Shown here piece by piece: positions 43,021-56,705 of a stretch of DNA of 64,000 nt; the first letter of the stretch is position 1; each line of letters starts with the position of its first letter. A model generated the notes under the pieces. That model was given only the letters and a program-made list of their open reading frames with translations. It had not been told where the DNA came from and did no database searches. This DNA comes from the human T2T-CHM13v2.0 reference genome, Homo sapiens, in assembly GCF_009914755.1 (NCBI RefSeq), contig NC_060926.1; one strand, given 5' to 3'. The position numbers and the translations under genes are program-made.

Positions 43021-44630
43021 TCATGAGAAAACGGGCTTCCCTTATAAGGAGTGTCCTGGATGCTTCCTATTTCAGGAAGTATCCTCCCTCTTAAATGTGG
43101 CAGGTCAAGATCACACGTACTGAACAGAATTTACCCTTGAGGACTAAGGGTAAATCTGTTAGTCATCAAGAAAATTTAAATTTAGTGTGCTTTGAACTCT
43201 AGTTATTTTAAAAATCAGTGTATTTCTTTAAGCATCTAGGTAATTGAGGGAGTACTGTATTTGCAGTATGGTAAAAAGCATTTTCCACCCCCTCCACCAA
43301 AATGGGGAAGGTGAGTGTCAAAGATGAAAAATAATTTTCATAATGACAAAATAAGGACTAAAAATGCATCCTTAAACAAAACAGCTTGATGCTTCTTACC
43401 CCCCAGCAGAGAAACTTGATAATAAACAATATCCCAGCAGAAAATAGGCTTTCTTAACTTTTCTTTTTCCTTCAGCACCCAGTAAGAAGCTTAATAGCAT
43501 AACCCTGTGTACACAAAATTTAGAATTCTGAAATATTTTACAAAACAATATTTAGTGCTACAAATGTGTGATTTTATTTTTAATGCTCACCAAGACTGAT
43601 TTGATTTTGTGACCTGCTAATGAGCCAGTTTTTACAACCTTGCATGACGGGACAATGATGCAGTGGTCCACTTACCTACCAAACTTCTTTGAAATCTGTC
43701 AATATATCTGTGATAGAAAGTACTTAAAAAAAAAAACACTTTCCTTGTAGGGTGTTTCATACCCTTGTGTGAGCCTCCTATGCTAGCAAATGTGGCGATA
43801 CATTCAATGTTAGAAGGCTTGTATAATCCAGAGCTACTAATTACTGAGCTCTCCTGTGTGCCAGGCAATGTTGCATTTACTTAGCTATACTTCCTTTCAG
43901 CTTAGAAAAGTACAAAGTGCTTCATGCTAAACATTGGCACGTAAAGTAGAATCCTTTAATAAAAAGACGTGTAGTTTAACATGTTGTAGTATGACATCTT
44001 AGCAGTCACTCATCTAACAGATTTTTTAAATTCCACTCTGCTGGGCACTGAGATGAAACAGCCTACAAACTGCTGGAAAGTACAGAAAAGTAGAGCCAAG
44101 GTCCTGTAATGAGGTTAATAACAAGAGGGTGTTGGAAGAGAAAGGAGAGCTGTAATCGTGTATTTTTAAGGCCCACTCTAGCTACAATGGGATGAAGGGT
44201 GGTTGGGGAGGGGATAAGGCTAGAGCCAGGGAGGACAGTAGGTAGTTAAGGTCAATGTATTTATTGAGTATTGGTCTCGGGTACTCTTGGAGGTCTCGGA
44301 TAGACTGGCGAATGAGGCAGACTTGTTCTCTAAGTGAGAATCAAGGTCATGAAGGAAATACAGGAAGGCAATGTGCTCATCACACAGTGCTCTGAACCTC
44401 CCATTATTTAGAGAAGCAGTATGATGTTCTTGTCTCAAGTGATAGTGGGCTTCCGTGCTCTAGCGTTTTAACTGTATTCCCACTTCTTTCTATTAGCTAT
44501 GTTTTCTAGAAGGATGAATTTCTAACTTCACCAGTCTCTTTATATTGCTCTCCTACACTGTGTGGGTTATGTAAAATTCTCCCAAATTCCACTTGGGGCT
44601 GGCCTTTTTACTCTATTTAAAGACATTTAG

Positions 44631-44928
<298 letters not shown>

Positions 44929-46269
44929 ATATATAAGACATTTAGCCACCGCTCAAGTGTTGGATCCATTCAAACGAAGGATTCTGGTGTGTCATTTCCT
45001 CTCTGAAGTAAAAATGTCCTCAGCATTCTTAGAAGACATGTCCTCTTAGAAGACATGTCCTCAGCATTCAAGACCAAGCTCTCCCCTTCAGAATAGATTA
45101 GAAACGCATTTTAGGTTTTCTTTCATTCTTAAGCACAAGACTGTGCTGCCTTTAGTTATTTCAGATTAGTGAGCTAATCTGCCCTAAAGACGAATTTCAC
45201 AAGGAATTATTAAGTTGTCTTGAAAACTTTCAAGGGTAGCTCAGGAAATATGGGGCTGAGGGCCTCTGTCCTTCCTAGGGTGTACCGTTAGGACTAGGCT
45301 TGGTGGCAGGTGTGGAGTAGGTAGCATGGGGTTTGTATGGTGGCTTCATGACCATCAGGGTCCGAGACTCCTTTCTGCTCCGTGGCCTTAACATACGACC
45401 TCAAATTTACCCTTGTCTAATCCTAGTTGTGTTCCAGGCAGGAAGGAAGAGGAAGTGGGCGGGGAAATAGCGAACTTCCCCATTGAGATAGCCCCTCTAG
45501 GAGTCCTTCCTGGAAGCCCCACCTGGCAACTTATTCACTGTGTATGGCTGCAGGTTGTCCGGGAAACGTGGTCTTTTAGGTGGACACAATACCACCTTTT
45601 CGGATTCTAATTGTGTGGTCTTGGGCAAGTGATAGAAACTTCCTACACTTTTGCTTCCTCATCTGCAAAGTAGAATGATAGTAGTTCCTATATCATAGTT
45701 TTGATGAGACCTAAATGAGGTACTGACCTATGGTGAATGTTGAATAAACTGGTGGTTTTATTAAGTCAATAAAACATAAATGACATTTGCAGACCACAGT
45801 CAGCTAAGGGGGAACAGAAAAGGAGGAGATAGTGACTGGCACTCAGAAGTGAGATGTGTCTGAAGGGATGGAGGGGCCTTCAGTAGGTGCCGAGACGGCA
45901 AAATGGTATAGCACACTTTTTTCCTTTTCTGCCTTTCCTCAGCTGCCCAGAGGATGACAGAGCTCCCTTGTGGAATGAATGGCCATAGCCATCAACAGCA
46001 GAAGTGGGGTGGTGGCACTCGGGATTCAAGGCTGAGGGGAATTTCAAATGACACAGTGCTGTCAGGGGCTGAGTCTATCTGGGATGGAGCTTTCCTGAGA
46101 TGTTGCCCTGCCGTGCACTGGGTGCTGAGATCCTGGGGTATATGTAATAACATATATACTGGTCAGAAAGGGCTACTGTTTACCTGGGGGAAGAATAGAA
46201 ATGAGAAGAATCAGACTCAAGTAGCTACATTCAGAGTATAATCAGTACGACACTGGTTTGGAAAATTCA

Positions 46270-46470
46270 GTACAAGTTCATTTTTTCAGCATATATTTAT
46301 TATTTGCTTACCATGTTCCATGAGCTGTTTTAGGCAACTGAGAAAACATGTATAAACTCATGTACTTTGAGGTAGGGACTATTATTAGTTCCATTTTATA
46401 AGTGGGGAAACTGAGGGATCAAGACATTAAGTCGCTTGCCAGAGAACACGTAGTTAACAAGTAGCAGAGC
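46270..46470. mobile_element. MIR
   Basis: ccattttataagtggggaaactgagg core. Confidence 0.7.
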
Positions 46471-46477
46471 CAGGAGG

Positions 46478-46767
46478 TTGGTTTATTTTGTTTTTGTTTG
46501 AGACAGTCGTGCTCCATTGCGCAGGATGAAGTACAGTGGCACGGTCTTGGCTCACTGAAGCCTCAAACGTCTGGGCTCAAGAGATCCTCCTGAGTAGCTG
46601 GGACTACAGGTGTGTGCCACCATACCTGGCTAATTTTTTTGTATTTTTTGTAGAAATGGGGTTTCACCATGTTTCCCAGGCTGGTCTCGAACTCTTGGAC
46701 TCAGTCGATCTGCCTGTCATGGCCTCCCGAAGTGCTGGGATTACAGACCTGAGCTGCTGTGCCTGGC
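46478..46767 (-). mobile_element. Alu (J-like)
   Basis: Alu antisense. Confidence 0.85.
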
Positions 46768-48509
46768 GTCAGGAGGCTGGTTTAGAGCCTCTGCGTTTAA
46801 CCACTATGCTACTGAGGCCTCCTTTAGTTCCCTTTGGTGGAGAAATGCTGCTCAACCCTGCTTTTAGGAGCAGCTTAAGTGGTGCTGCCTCTTAAGCACC
46901 TCTTAAGGTATTGATAAAATTGCGCACAGAGAAGTATTTGCACACAGACCCAGGGCAGGAATGGGGGCAGTTTCCGGCTGATAGAAAAGGGAGATTTCTT
47001 CCTAACCCACTTGGATAAAGATTCACAGGGAATTTTCAAAGGTAGAATGGGCTCTCTTAAAACCAGCTGAAAGCTGGAGAAGGAAAATGACAAATTTCTC
47101 TCTGGCTTGTCTCTTCCACAAATAGGATATTTTTTATTAAATGAATGAATATTAAATGAACCACACTGAGGCTGGATTCCAGCAGCTGATACCAAGTTTA
47201 CAGCATAATAGAGGAGTCATTTCTATCCTTTGTGTTTTTCAGGGTCAAAAAGAGCCTGTTATGGGCATCTTCCACATAGTAAGAGGGTTTGTAGAACCAA
47301 TGTCTCAGGCTAGCAAGTGGCAAATAAACATTGTTGGACCCGAGGCTGGCAGGTCTGAACTGTTGGGTGCTCCTTCTGCACGTGTAGAATGAACAAGTTG
47401 GAGGTCTGTGGTTGTCAGTGATTGCTAAGCCTGAATTCACAGCCCACCATGAGCATGCTTTAGGCCTGCATGGCTTGCAGATTTGTTTTCTATTTTCTTC
47501 CTGGTCCAGAGGGCCAACTCTAATGAATGGATGTTCCTATATTGATATTTTTAATTTCCAAATTACTGTTTACCATTTTACTTGTGGCAAGTGAAATCCT
47601 GGTTGTTTTGAGGATATTAAAAAAATCAGTAAGTATTTGGCCCTCTCTGGAGCCTCCCAAGGGTGGCCTCTCCACCGCCCACCACCACCAACTTTGAGCT
47701 CAAGGTTGAAGAGGAAATGCTGCTTTTGGCAGAAATGCCCTTTTCCTGTTTTTGCCCTGGCACAGATTCTTTGACATTCATTGGTGCTCCAGGGTCAACT
47801 TCACAAGTTTCTCCCATGAGAAGGGGAGCGACCTGTTGTGAGATGCTCATCCTTCCCAGGGAATTCAGAGATAGCCCCGAGCCCAGGCCCTGCTTCCACA
47901 GGAGGCCTCAAAACCTGGCACCTGCCTTGACTGGGTGTGCTGGGCACCTCCTGGCCCTGTCAGCTGGGCTCAGGGAGGAGCGACATGGGGAATTTGTCTC
48001 ATGGGTAATTTATCAGCTTTCTCTTCTGCTTTCACACATAGGCTACTTCATTTAGAGAACAGAAAGCCACTCTTGCTTTCCATTCTCTAAAAGTATCTTG
48101 GTTTTAAAACTAACGACAGACTTCTGGAGGGCTGATTACATGGGTGTGTTTGCTTTATGATGTCATCGAGCTGTACATTTACGACTTAAGCAATTTTCAG
48201 TACGAATATTTTACCTCAACAACAAGATGACTTAGTGATTTATCATGAAAGGAGCATCGTCTCCTCTGTTACCAAGAAAGAACAAAAGGAAGAAGGGTAA
48301 TGCAGGATGAAGCTAATCTGTTTTGATTGATGTGAAAATGGCAGGCTCAGGTGAAGGTGGGGACTGATTCAATAATTTTACTTTTAGGTCTTTATCCTAA
48401 AGAAACAAAAATATATGCAACATTTTAAGAGTGTTATAGTAGGAAAAGGTTGGAAACAACTAAATATCAGGTAATAGTTAAATAAATGATGGCACAACCA
48501 AAATCGGAT

Positions 48510-49818
48510 GCTGTTTACCCATTAAAGAGGATGCTACAAATGTTTATTCATTAAAGCCACTCATAACAGCATAGTACAACCCTATTTAAAAAAGAAAGAC
48601 ATATTTTACATGTATGTGTAGAAAATAATCAGGAAGAATGTACACCATATTAACAGGAGATTATTCCTAAGGTGAAGAATTATGAGTGGTTCTTATTTCC
48701 TTATCTACTTAAGTTTTTTCTCTCCAATGGGCAGGCATTGCTTGTACCATACCTTAAGCAAGGAAGTGCATGTTTGGGACAGCAGTTTGGGCTCTCAGCC
48801 TCCTTAAGAGAGTCAGGTCTGCCTCATCCCTGTATCTGCTAGTTGAGCAGAGGCCAGGGCTGTGTGAGGGGCTCTCCAACAATTGTCTTTACAAAGTATA
48901 AAAAGTCATCAGTGATCCCAGGAACATGTTTGTATCTCAAATTCAGAGATTCAAGAGGGCCTTAGTTTAACCTCACTGATGCTCAAATTCTATTTGTAAA
49001 GGGGTAGCCTGTCCTCTTTCATGGGCCCCTCTGCAATGCAAGGGCTGGGAGAGCAATTCCGCCTCCACATAGGGGTTTCACAGAGATTTTCTTTAGAGAT
49101 AGAGGGATTCATTTTCCAGGGTTAAGCTCACCACTTCATTTTATTTTAGGTCTATACAATTTTAGGCTTGATTATAAAAAAAAAAAGTCTGATATTGTTT
49201 ACATTATAGAACTCTGCCAAAGGCAGTTCTCTTCTTTAATTCATTACCTCCTCGAGGCTCTGGGCACAGTATCCCAGGTATCAAGAAGTACTTGTTCCCT
49301 TGCCGTTGGAGACTCAAGCACCTCACCCTGAGACAGGGGCCTCGGAAAGAAAGACCTGAATGGTGTGGAGGAAAGAGCCCTGAGCTGGGAGACAAGGTCC
49401 CTCCAGCTACTGCTCCAACCCTGACTTGCTGTGTGCCTTTGATCAAGCTGTCTCTGGGCTTTAGCCTCCCCCTTTGTAAAACGGGCGGGGAAGAGGTTGA
49501 GATGGCATGGGTGCCTCCAGCTCTCTCAGCATGATTCTGAGAACTCTGCGGGTAGCTCTGGCCTGCCCCTTTCCACGCCCTACCGCGATGTGCGCACAAC
49601 AGTATTGTGACCCTTGTGGTGTACTGTAGATTTTACCTAGTTTTGTTTCCCGTCAAACACATAAAGAAAAAGTAATCTTTCCCACCCCGCCCCCACTAAA
49701 ATAATAATCATGAGAATGAATACACAGGGAGGAAGACTGGAAAAAATGAAAGGGAAGGACTTGCTCCCTCAAAAGGAAGGATCTCAGTTTGAAGTAATGT
49801 AGTGGCTGTTGCACAGGG
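48510..49818 (-). other. CD8A: CD8A 3'UTR
   Basis: Follows the stop; AATAAA on - strand at 49140-49145 and 48543-48548; end approximate. Confidence 0.8.
48543..48548 (-). terminator. Distal CD8A polyadenylation signal AATAAA
   Basis: tttatt on + strand. Confidence 0.65.
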
Positions 49819-49870
49819 TTAGACGTATCTCGCCGAAAGGCTGGGCTTGTCTCCCGATTTGACCACAGGC
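49819..49870 (-). CDS. CD8A: CD8A last coding exon (PVVKSGDKPSLSARYV*)
   Basis: tttcag acceptor; TAA at 49821-49819; six exons total 708 nt. Confidence 0.97.
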
Positions 49871-50637
49871 CTGAAAGAGAGGAAAGCGACCATCATTGTA
49901 GCCAGAACCCCGCCAGTGCAGCATCCATCCAGCCACGTCCAGCCTCCCAATCCCCCAGCCTTTGAAAGGTCTGAGAACCTGTTCCTGGGGCACCAGCATG
50001 GGACTGGGTGAATGACGTCAGCACAGCACCCGTGCTAAATGCCTTACTTGCACCATCTCATGTAATCCTCACAGCAGCCTTAAGGGTGGGCACTGAGATT
50101 GAGAAGTTAAACTTGCCCAAGGTCACACATCTAGGAGGTGGCTGAGCCAGGATCTAAACCGAGTTAGTCTAGCTTCCTGGAGCCCCTGTCAAGGTCTCCA
50201 CAGAGGTGTGAGAGTGAGACTGATAACCAAAGTCATTAGCTGACCTGATTCTCAGCCCCGGAGGATGACAGGGAGAGAGGAGGATGTGAGCAAATCACCA
50301 CCATCAGCCAAATGATGTTACGCTAAAAACGTGTTAATTCAGCACCAGGCTAGCACCTTGTAAACATGCTAATTCATCATGAGCGTCATGTCTGCACTCT
50401 CAGCCCTCTAAAACCTCTCTGTTGAAGCTGAGCGGCCCACCATCATCACTGAGTATATTAACTCGGGTGTTGGAATTTCCCAGGTGTGTTTAATCTGTAT
50501 AGCTTTGTATTTTAAGGCAGAACTTTATTCTCAGTTATTCATCTCAAAATGAGAGTTTTCAGAAAAGATCGAGAAAAGGGATGGTCCTTCTGCAAAAGTT
50601 CCAAAGTGCACCCTGAATAATAAAAATGCTAAAAACT

Positions 50638-51239
<602 letters not shown>

Positions 51240-51409
51240 TAAAGTCCTGAACTTGGATTCCCTCAGAAAAATGTAAAGGAGTATAAAATGCAAACTCCAG
51301 GTATAAAATGTAAAATATTTCATCTACTGAAAAGAACTGGTGTACACAGTCGGTTATCCTTAACACTTCAGCCTGCAGCCATGGGGAAGGTGTCTGAGCT
51401 TTGGATGGA

Positions 51410-51600
51410 AGTTGCAGCTCCCGGGCAGTATGACCTTGGACAAATCACTAAATGTTCTAAGCCTCAGTTTCCTTATCTGTAAAATGCAGGTAATCATGAC
51501 TACTTTAAAAGTTGTCATAAAACTTAAAATTAAAAAAAATCTATAAAGCAAGTAACGTGCGTTGTAGGCTTTCATCAAATGGTTATTACTATTGATAATC
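51410..51600. mobile_element. MIR
   Basis: gcctcagtttccttatctgtaaaatg core. Confidence 0.75.
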
Positions 51601-51780
51601 TGAGTTTAATGTGCCTTTGCCACTTTACTAATCCCTGAGCCATGAGATGGCACAAAGTTGCTGTGAGGATTAAGAGAGATGGGGAGTATTACCCCTATCA
51701 CAGTGCCTGACTAGAGCAGGCACTTGTTAGATGCTACCACAGGGATGCCTCAGCCAACGGGTGGAGAGAGGTTTTTAACA

Positions 51781-51799
51781 GAGAGGGAGAGAGAGAGAG

Positions 51800-51830
<31 letters not shown>
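51781..51830. repeat. (GA)n(GT)n microsatellite in CD8A intron
   Basis: Visible. Confidence 0.95.
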
Positions 51831-51831
<1 letters not shown>

Positions 51832-52436
51832 ATCATGGGCTGAAACTGGATGAGGCAGTCACTTGAGCTGCCAGATAGCCAATTGTCCCTGCATCTCGTT
51901 CCCCTTTTTTCTACTCCAGTCCTTGGCAGCAAACCAAGGTCCTACATGACACAGAGAAGTTAGCAACCAAAGCCATTATTATTTTGGTTCAGCTGATAAA
52001 AGATTGGCTCTCCCTCAAAAAACTAGACCAGCCAAGTAGGAAAAAAAATTGTTTTCTTAAGAAAACAACAAAACCCAGATGGAATAATCAGAATAAAGAG
52101 GAGGTCAGGTCCTACGAGGAGCTAGGATAAATTGGGGGAATCCCTCAGGTTTTTTTTTTTTTTTTTTTGGAAGTGCCAGGTCAAATAAGATGGAGATTTA
52201 CTGGAGTCACACTGCTGTTGGCACCCGCCTAACCCGGGCCTCCTTTTTCTCAAAGACACAGGCCAGATGCCAGCCTTGGCCTCTCTTTGCTCAGGAACTG
52301 GCTGACTCCCTGCCCCAGGATTTCACGGCCATGACCTCTCTCTGGGAAAAGTTCCCACTATTTGCTGCTGGGGAAACCAGGACCCCACCCCAGGGCTGGC
52401 CAAGGTGAGCAGGCTGAGAGTTCAAAAGAGACTCAC

Positions 52437-52467
52437 CGGGGACATTTGCAAACACGTCTTCGGTTCC
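52437..52467 (-). CDS. CD8A: CD8A cytoplasmic exon (RNRRRVCKCPR, Lck-binding CxC motif)
   Basis: atccag acceptor, CG|gtgagt donor, 31 nt. Confidence 0.96.
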
Positions 52468-52539
52468 CTGGATAAGGAAAAAGAAGGGAAAAAGTGAGTG
52501 CCCCTATCCATCAATAGTCCCCAAAGACAGTGTATTTTT

Positions 52540-52567
52540 TGTTGTTGCTGTTGTTGTTGCTGCTGTT
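52540..52567. repeat. Mixed (TTG/CTG)n trinucleotide tract
   Basis: Visible. Confidence 0.85.
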
Positions 52568-53229
52568 TTTTGGTTTTACAAAAAATCATTTCAGAACGAT
52601 CATGGGCTGAAATTGGATGAGGCAAATAGGGAATTGCCTCTACGAATTCTCCTTCCTTTCCCCTATTTCTTTGAGGATTATAACTCTTGAGAGCCGGGTA
52701 AGGGCTTCTTATCCATCCTTCGTCTCAAGCATCAATTAAAAAAAATTGCAACTACAGACGCGGGCGAAAGCGGGGAGCCTGCAGACCTGATCCGGCACCT
52801 CTCTTGCATGGGACCCAAAGCAGGGTGGGCGGTTCGCCGAAGAGGGCCAAGGACGAACCTCAAACTGATGGTGGTTTTGACTAACCCTCCTGGGCACTTG
52901 ACTCGGCCACAGCGGCCCCCTCCCGGCGGGCGTTTGTCATGTGTCCAGACATGTGCGCGCGCGCTGCGGGCTTCGTCGACGGAACACACCCGCTGCAGCG
53001 GCTCTGGGAACGCGGCTTTGTCTCCCAAAACCTCTCCGAGAGCGCAAGGAGCGGGAAGGGCTTTCTCGCATTCTATCTCCCAGAAAGAAGTGCCTGTACC
53101 TGCGGGGCAGCTCGGGAGTCCCAGAAAACTCAACCCCAAGCTCCCCCCTCGCAAGGTCCGCCTGGAGCTAGCAGAGCCAAGGGCAGGAGCGGGGCCGACT
53201 CCTTCCCGCCGCGATTCCTCGGGACTTAC

Positions 53230-53340
53230 TGTGGTTGCAGTAAAGGGTGATAACCAGTGACAGGAGAAGGACCCCACAAGTCCCGGCCAAGGGCGCCCAG
53301 ATGTAGATATCACAGGCGAAGTCCAGCCCCCTCGTGTGCA
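53230..53340 (-). CDS. CD8A: CD8A transmembrane exon ([37 protein letters not shown])
   Basis: gtcag acceptor, ACA|gtaagt donor, 111 nt. Confidence 0.97.
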
Positions 53341-53469
53341 CTGACGACACCAAAGACGCCGACATTTAGGAGAGGGCCCGGGACCTCCCAACCGCCCCAC
53401 CGTCCCGGGAACGTCTCTCCGCCTCAGATCTCGGTTTCCCACCACTTGGACAGCCCTTGACTCTACCTA

Positions 53470-53697
<228 letters not shown>

Positions 53698-53989
53698 TTA
53701 TGGAGGCGCCCCAGCCCCGGCCTCGCGCACCTTTCCCCACGGGGACGCCTCCCCCCGGTTTTCCTGGGAGAAGGGATAGCAGAGGAGACAGGATGGGGAC
53801 CCCGGGATGCGCGCGGACCCCTGTGCTCGGGCCTCGGCTCAGCCCAGCGCACCCGGCGCCCAGAGCCGGAGCGCAGGAGCCAGCTCCCCTGCACCTGGCC
53901 TCTCTCCCGGGCTGAACCAGCAACCCTGGAGCGCGGGTTGATTGCTGTCCGCATTTTACCCACGAGCAAACGGAGGCGCAGATAATTTA

Positions 53990-54673
<684 letters not shown>

Positions 54674-54683
54674 TCAAACTCAC

Positions 54684-54732
54684 GGAGCAGCAAGGCCAGC
54701 GGCAGGAGCAAGGCGGTCACTGGTAAGGCCAT
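54684..54732 (-). CDS. CD8A: CD8A first coding exon, signal peptide (MALPVTALLLPLALLL)
   Basis: gtcATGg strong Kozak at 54732; C|gtgagt donor; 49 nt. Confidence 0.98.
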
Positions 54733-54864
54733 GACGCGCTCCCCAGGACGCTGCTTGGCTCGAAGCTCGGGCGCGAGGGGAGGCGCGCGGGAGCCGGTGG
54801 GGCGCCGAGGGGGGAAAGTTGCGCCCTTCGGCCGGCCCGGAGCCTGATTTCGCATTTGGAGGAT

Positions 54865-54874
54865 GTGATGTCAC
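54865..54874 (-). promoter_or_regulatory. CRE-like decamer (GTGACATCAC) in CD8A proximal promoter
   Basis: gtgatgtcac on + strand, ~135-140 bp upstream of ATG; resembles the TCR-Vbeta decamer/CRE described for this promoter. Confidence 0.7.
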
Positions 54875-55964
54875 CCGAAGCCCCCGCCGAGGAGAGTCAC
54901 CCTCCTTTTCGCGGTTGTCGCCTTCCAGCCCGGCGAGGAGGCTGGGGCCCGTGAATAGGGCCGTCGAGGCAGCCTGGCCAGGCAACTGGGGGCAGCTGAA
55001 AACTGCGGGTTTGGGGATGAGGAAAAGGGCTTGGAAATAGTCCTTGGAAATGGTTGTCTTGTGAGAGTGACAGAGTGGGTGAAGGGAGACCAAAGATTTC
55101 AAGAAGTGAGGGCGAGAGTAGGCAGCAAAGGAGGGGAGTGTCCCTTCCTTTGCCTTCACTAAAGGCGTCTCTTGTACTGTCACCTTGGGACTTTTTATTG
55201 GCAAAATGGGCACTGAGGGCTGAAAAGGAAGAGGAGCTAGCGACCTGCCCGCTTCTGAGGAACTCGCTAGAGCAGCCCCAGTTTTCACCGAGGAAGGACC
55301 CTCTCCCTTCCCCCAGGAGATTTCCATGAGAGCGGCAGCAGCCGAAGCTTTGGGTGTCGGTGTCAGTGCGCTGCTGACCTCATTCTTCCGGCCTTTCATC
55401 CAGCGGCTAAACTCACCACACAGCCTCATCTCTTCTTGGAGCCATTGCAACAGCCTTCAATTCACACCAGTCTCTCTCCTGATCAGTCCTCCAGCCACGT
55501 TGTTATAAAAATTATTATTCTCACAAAGGGGATCTGACAGCGTCACTGCTGCAGCCTCCCATGGCCTGCATTGCTGGATGGAAATTCAACCCCCAGCTTG
55601 GTTGACCAGCCCTTGGGTGCTGGCTCCTCCCAGCCTCCGCACAGCCCCCTGCCCTGCCTTTCCCATACACCTGCAGCTGCAGCTTCACAGGCTTGAAGTC
55701 ATTCAACCCCTGCGCTCTGTGCTTTCACGCCCTTGCACTTGCGGTCCCTCGGCCTGGAATGCTGGTCTGTTTAAGCCCTGGAGGCAGCTCCTGTGCTGTC
55801 TCATTTGGACCTCATTTCTTTCACCCCCAGCTCTGGGTGCTCTGCAGGGAGGTGTGGGTGATGTGGGTGAATGCTTGGGTAGAGGCGGTTTTCTCTTTTC
55901 TGTCCCTAACACATGTGTGTCCCCTTCCTTTTTGTTTCTTTAAAAAATAAAATAAAATAAAAAA

Positions 55965-56062
55965 GACTGGAGTCTCGCTGTTTTGCTCAGGCTGGCCTTG
56001 GGACTCCTGAGCTCCAGTGATCCTCCCACCCCAGCCCCCTGAGTAGCTGGGACTACAGGCTC
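55965..56062 (-). mobile_element. Alu monomer fragment
   Basis: Antisense monomer. Confidence 0.75.
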
Positions 56063-56406
56063 ATCTTTCCTTTTTGACTGTTGCTGTCCTGAAACCTTCC
56101 AGCTCCAGTGGCATGCCCTCTTCCCATTTCTTCAGGGTTTCTGAGTCTTTCCACTTTGAATCCCATAGTGGCTGCACCTCACATTGCTACTGCTTGATCC
56201 TAGAGACAAGACACCTGGCATTCTGTGTTCCATGTGTCTGCCCCACCCATTAGTTCTGCTGGGCGAGGACCATGCCGAGACTTCATGATGTGTCCTCCAT
56301 CCCCAGAAACACAGCATGGGCTGAGCTGTGCTTGTTGAACTGCATTCTCCTTGTCCTTGTGAAGTACAAACTTAAGTGTTGGATGGGTTCTTTGTCGTTG
56401 TTGCTA

Positions 56407-56705
56407 TTTTTTTTTTTGAGATGGGGTCTGGCTGTGTTGCCCAGGCTGGAGTGCAGTGTGGCACCACCTCGGCTCACTGCAGCCTCTACCTCCCAGGCTC
56501 AAGTGATCCTTCCACCTCAGCCTCCCAAGTAGCTGGGACCACAGGAGCACACCACCATGCCCAGCTAATTTTTTGTATTTTTGGTAGAGATGGGGTTTCA
56601 CCATGTTGCCCAGGCTGGTCTCCAATGCCCGAGGTCAGGCGCTTTGCCCCGCCTTGGCCTCCAAAGTGTTGAGATTACAGGTGTGAGCCACCATATCAGG
56701 GCCTG
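56407..56705 (-). mobile_element. Alu (J-like)
   Basis: Full Alu antisense. Confidence 0.88.

Noticed and set aside
46874-46907. 13-bp imperfect inverted repeat (also 12-bp palindrome at 9096-9107)
   Set aside because: Short enough to occur by chance in 64 kb
52422-52625. Poly-Gln ORF on - strand
   Set aside because: Intronic mixed CAG/CAA microsatellite, not in the CD8A frame
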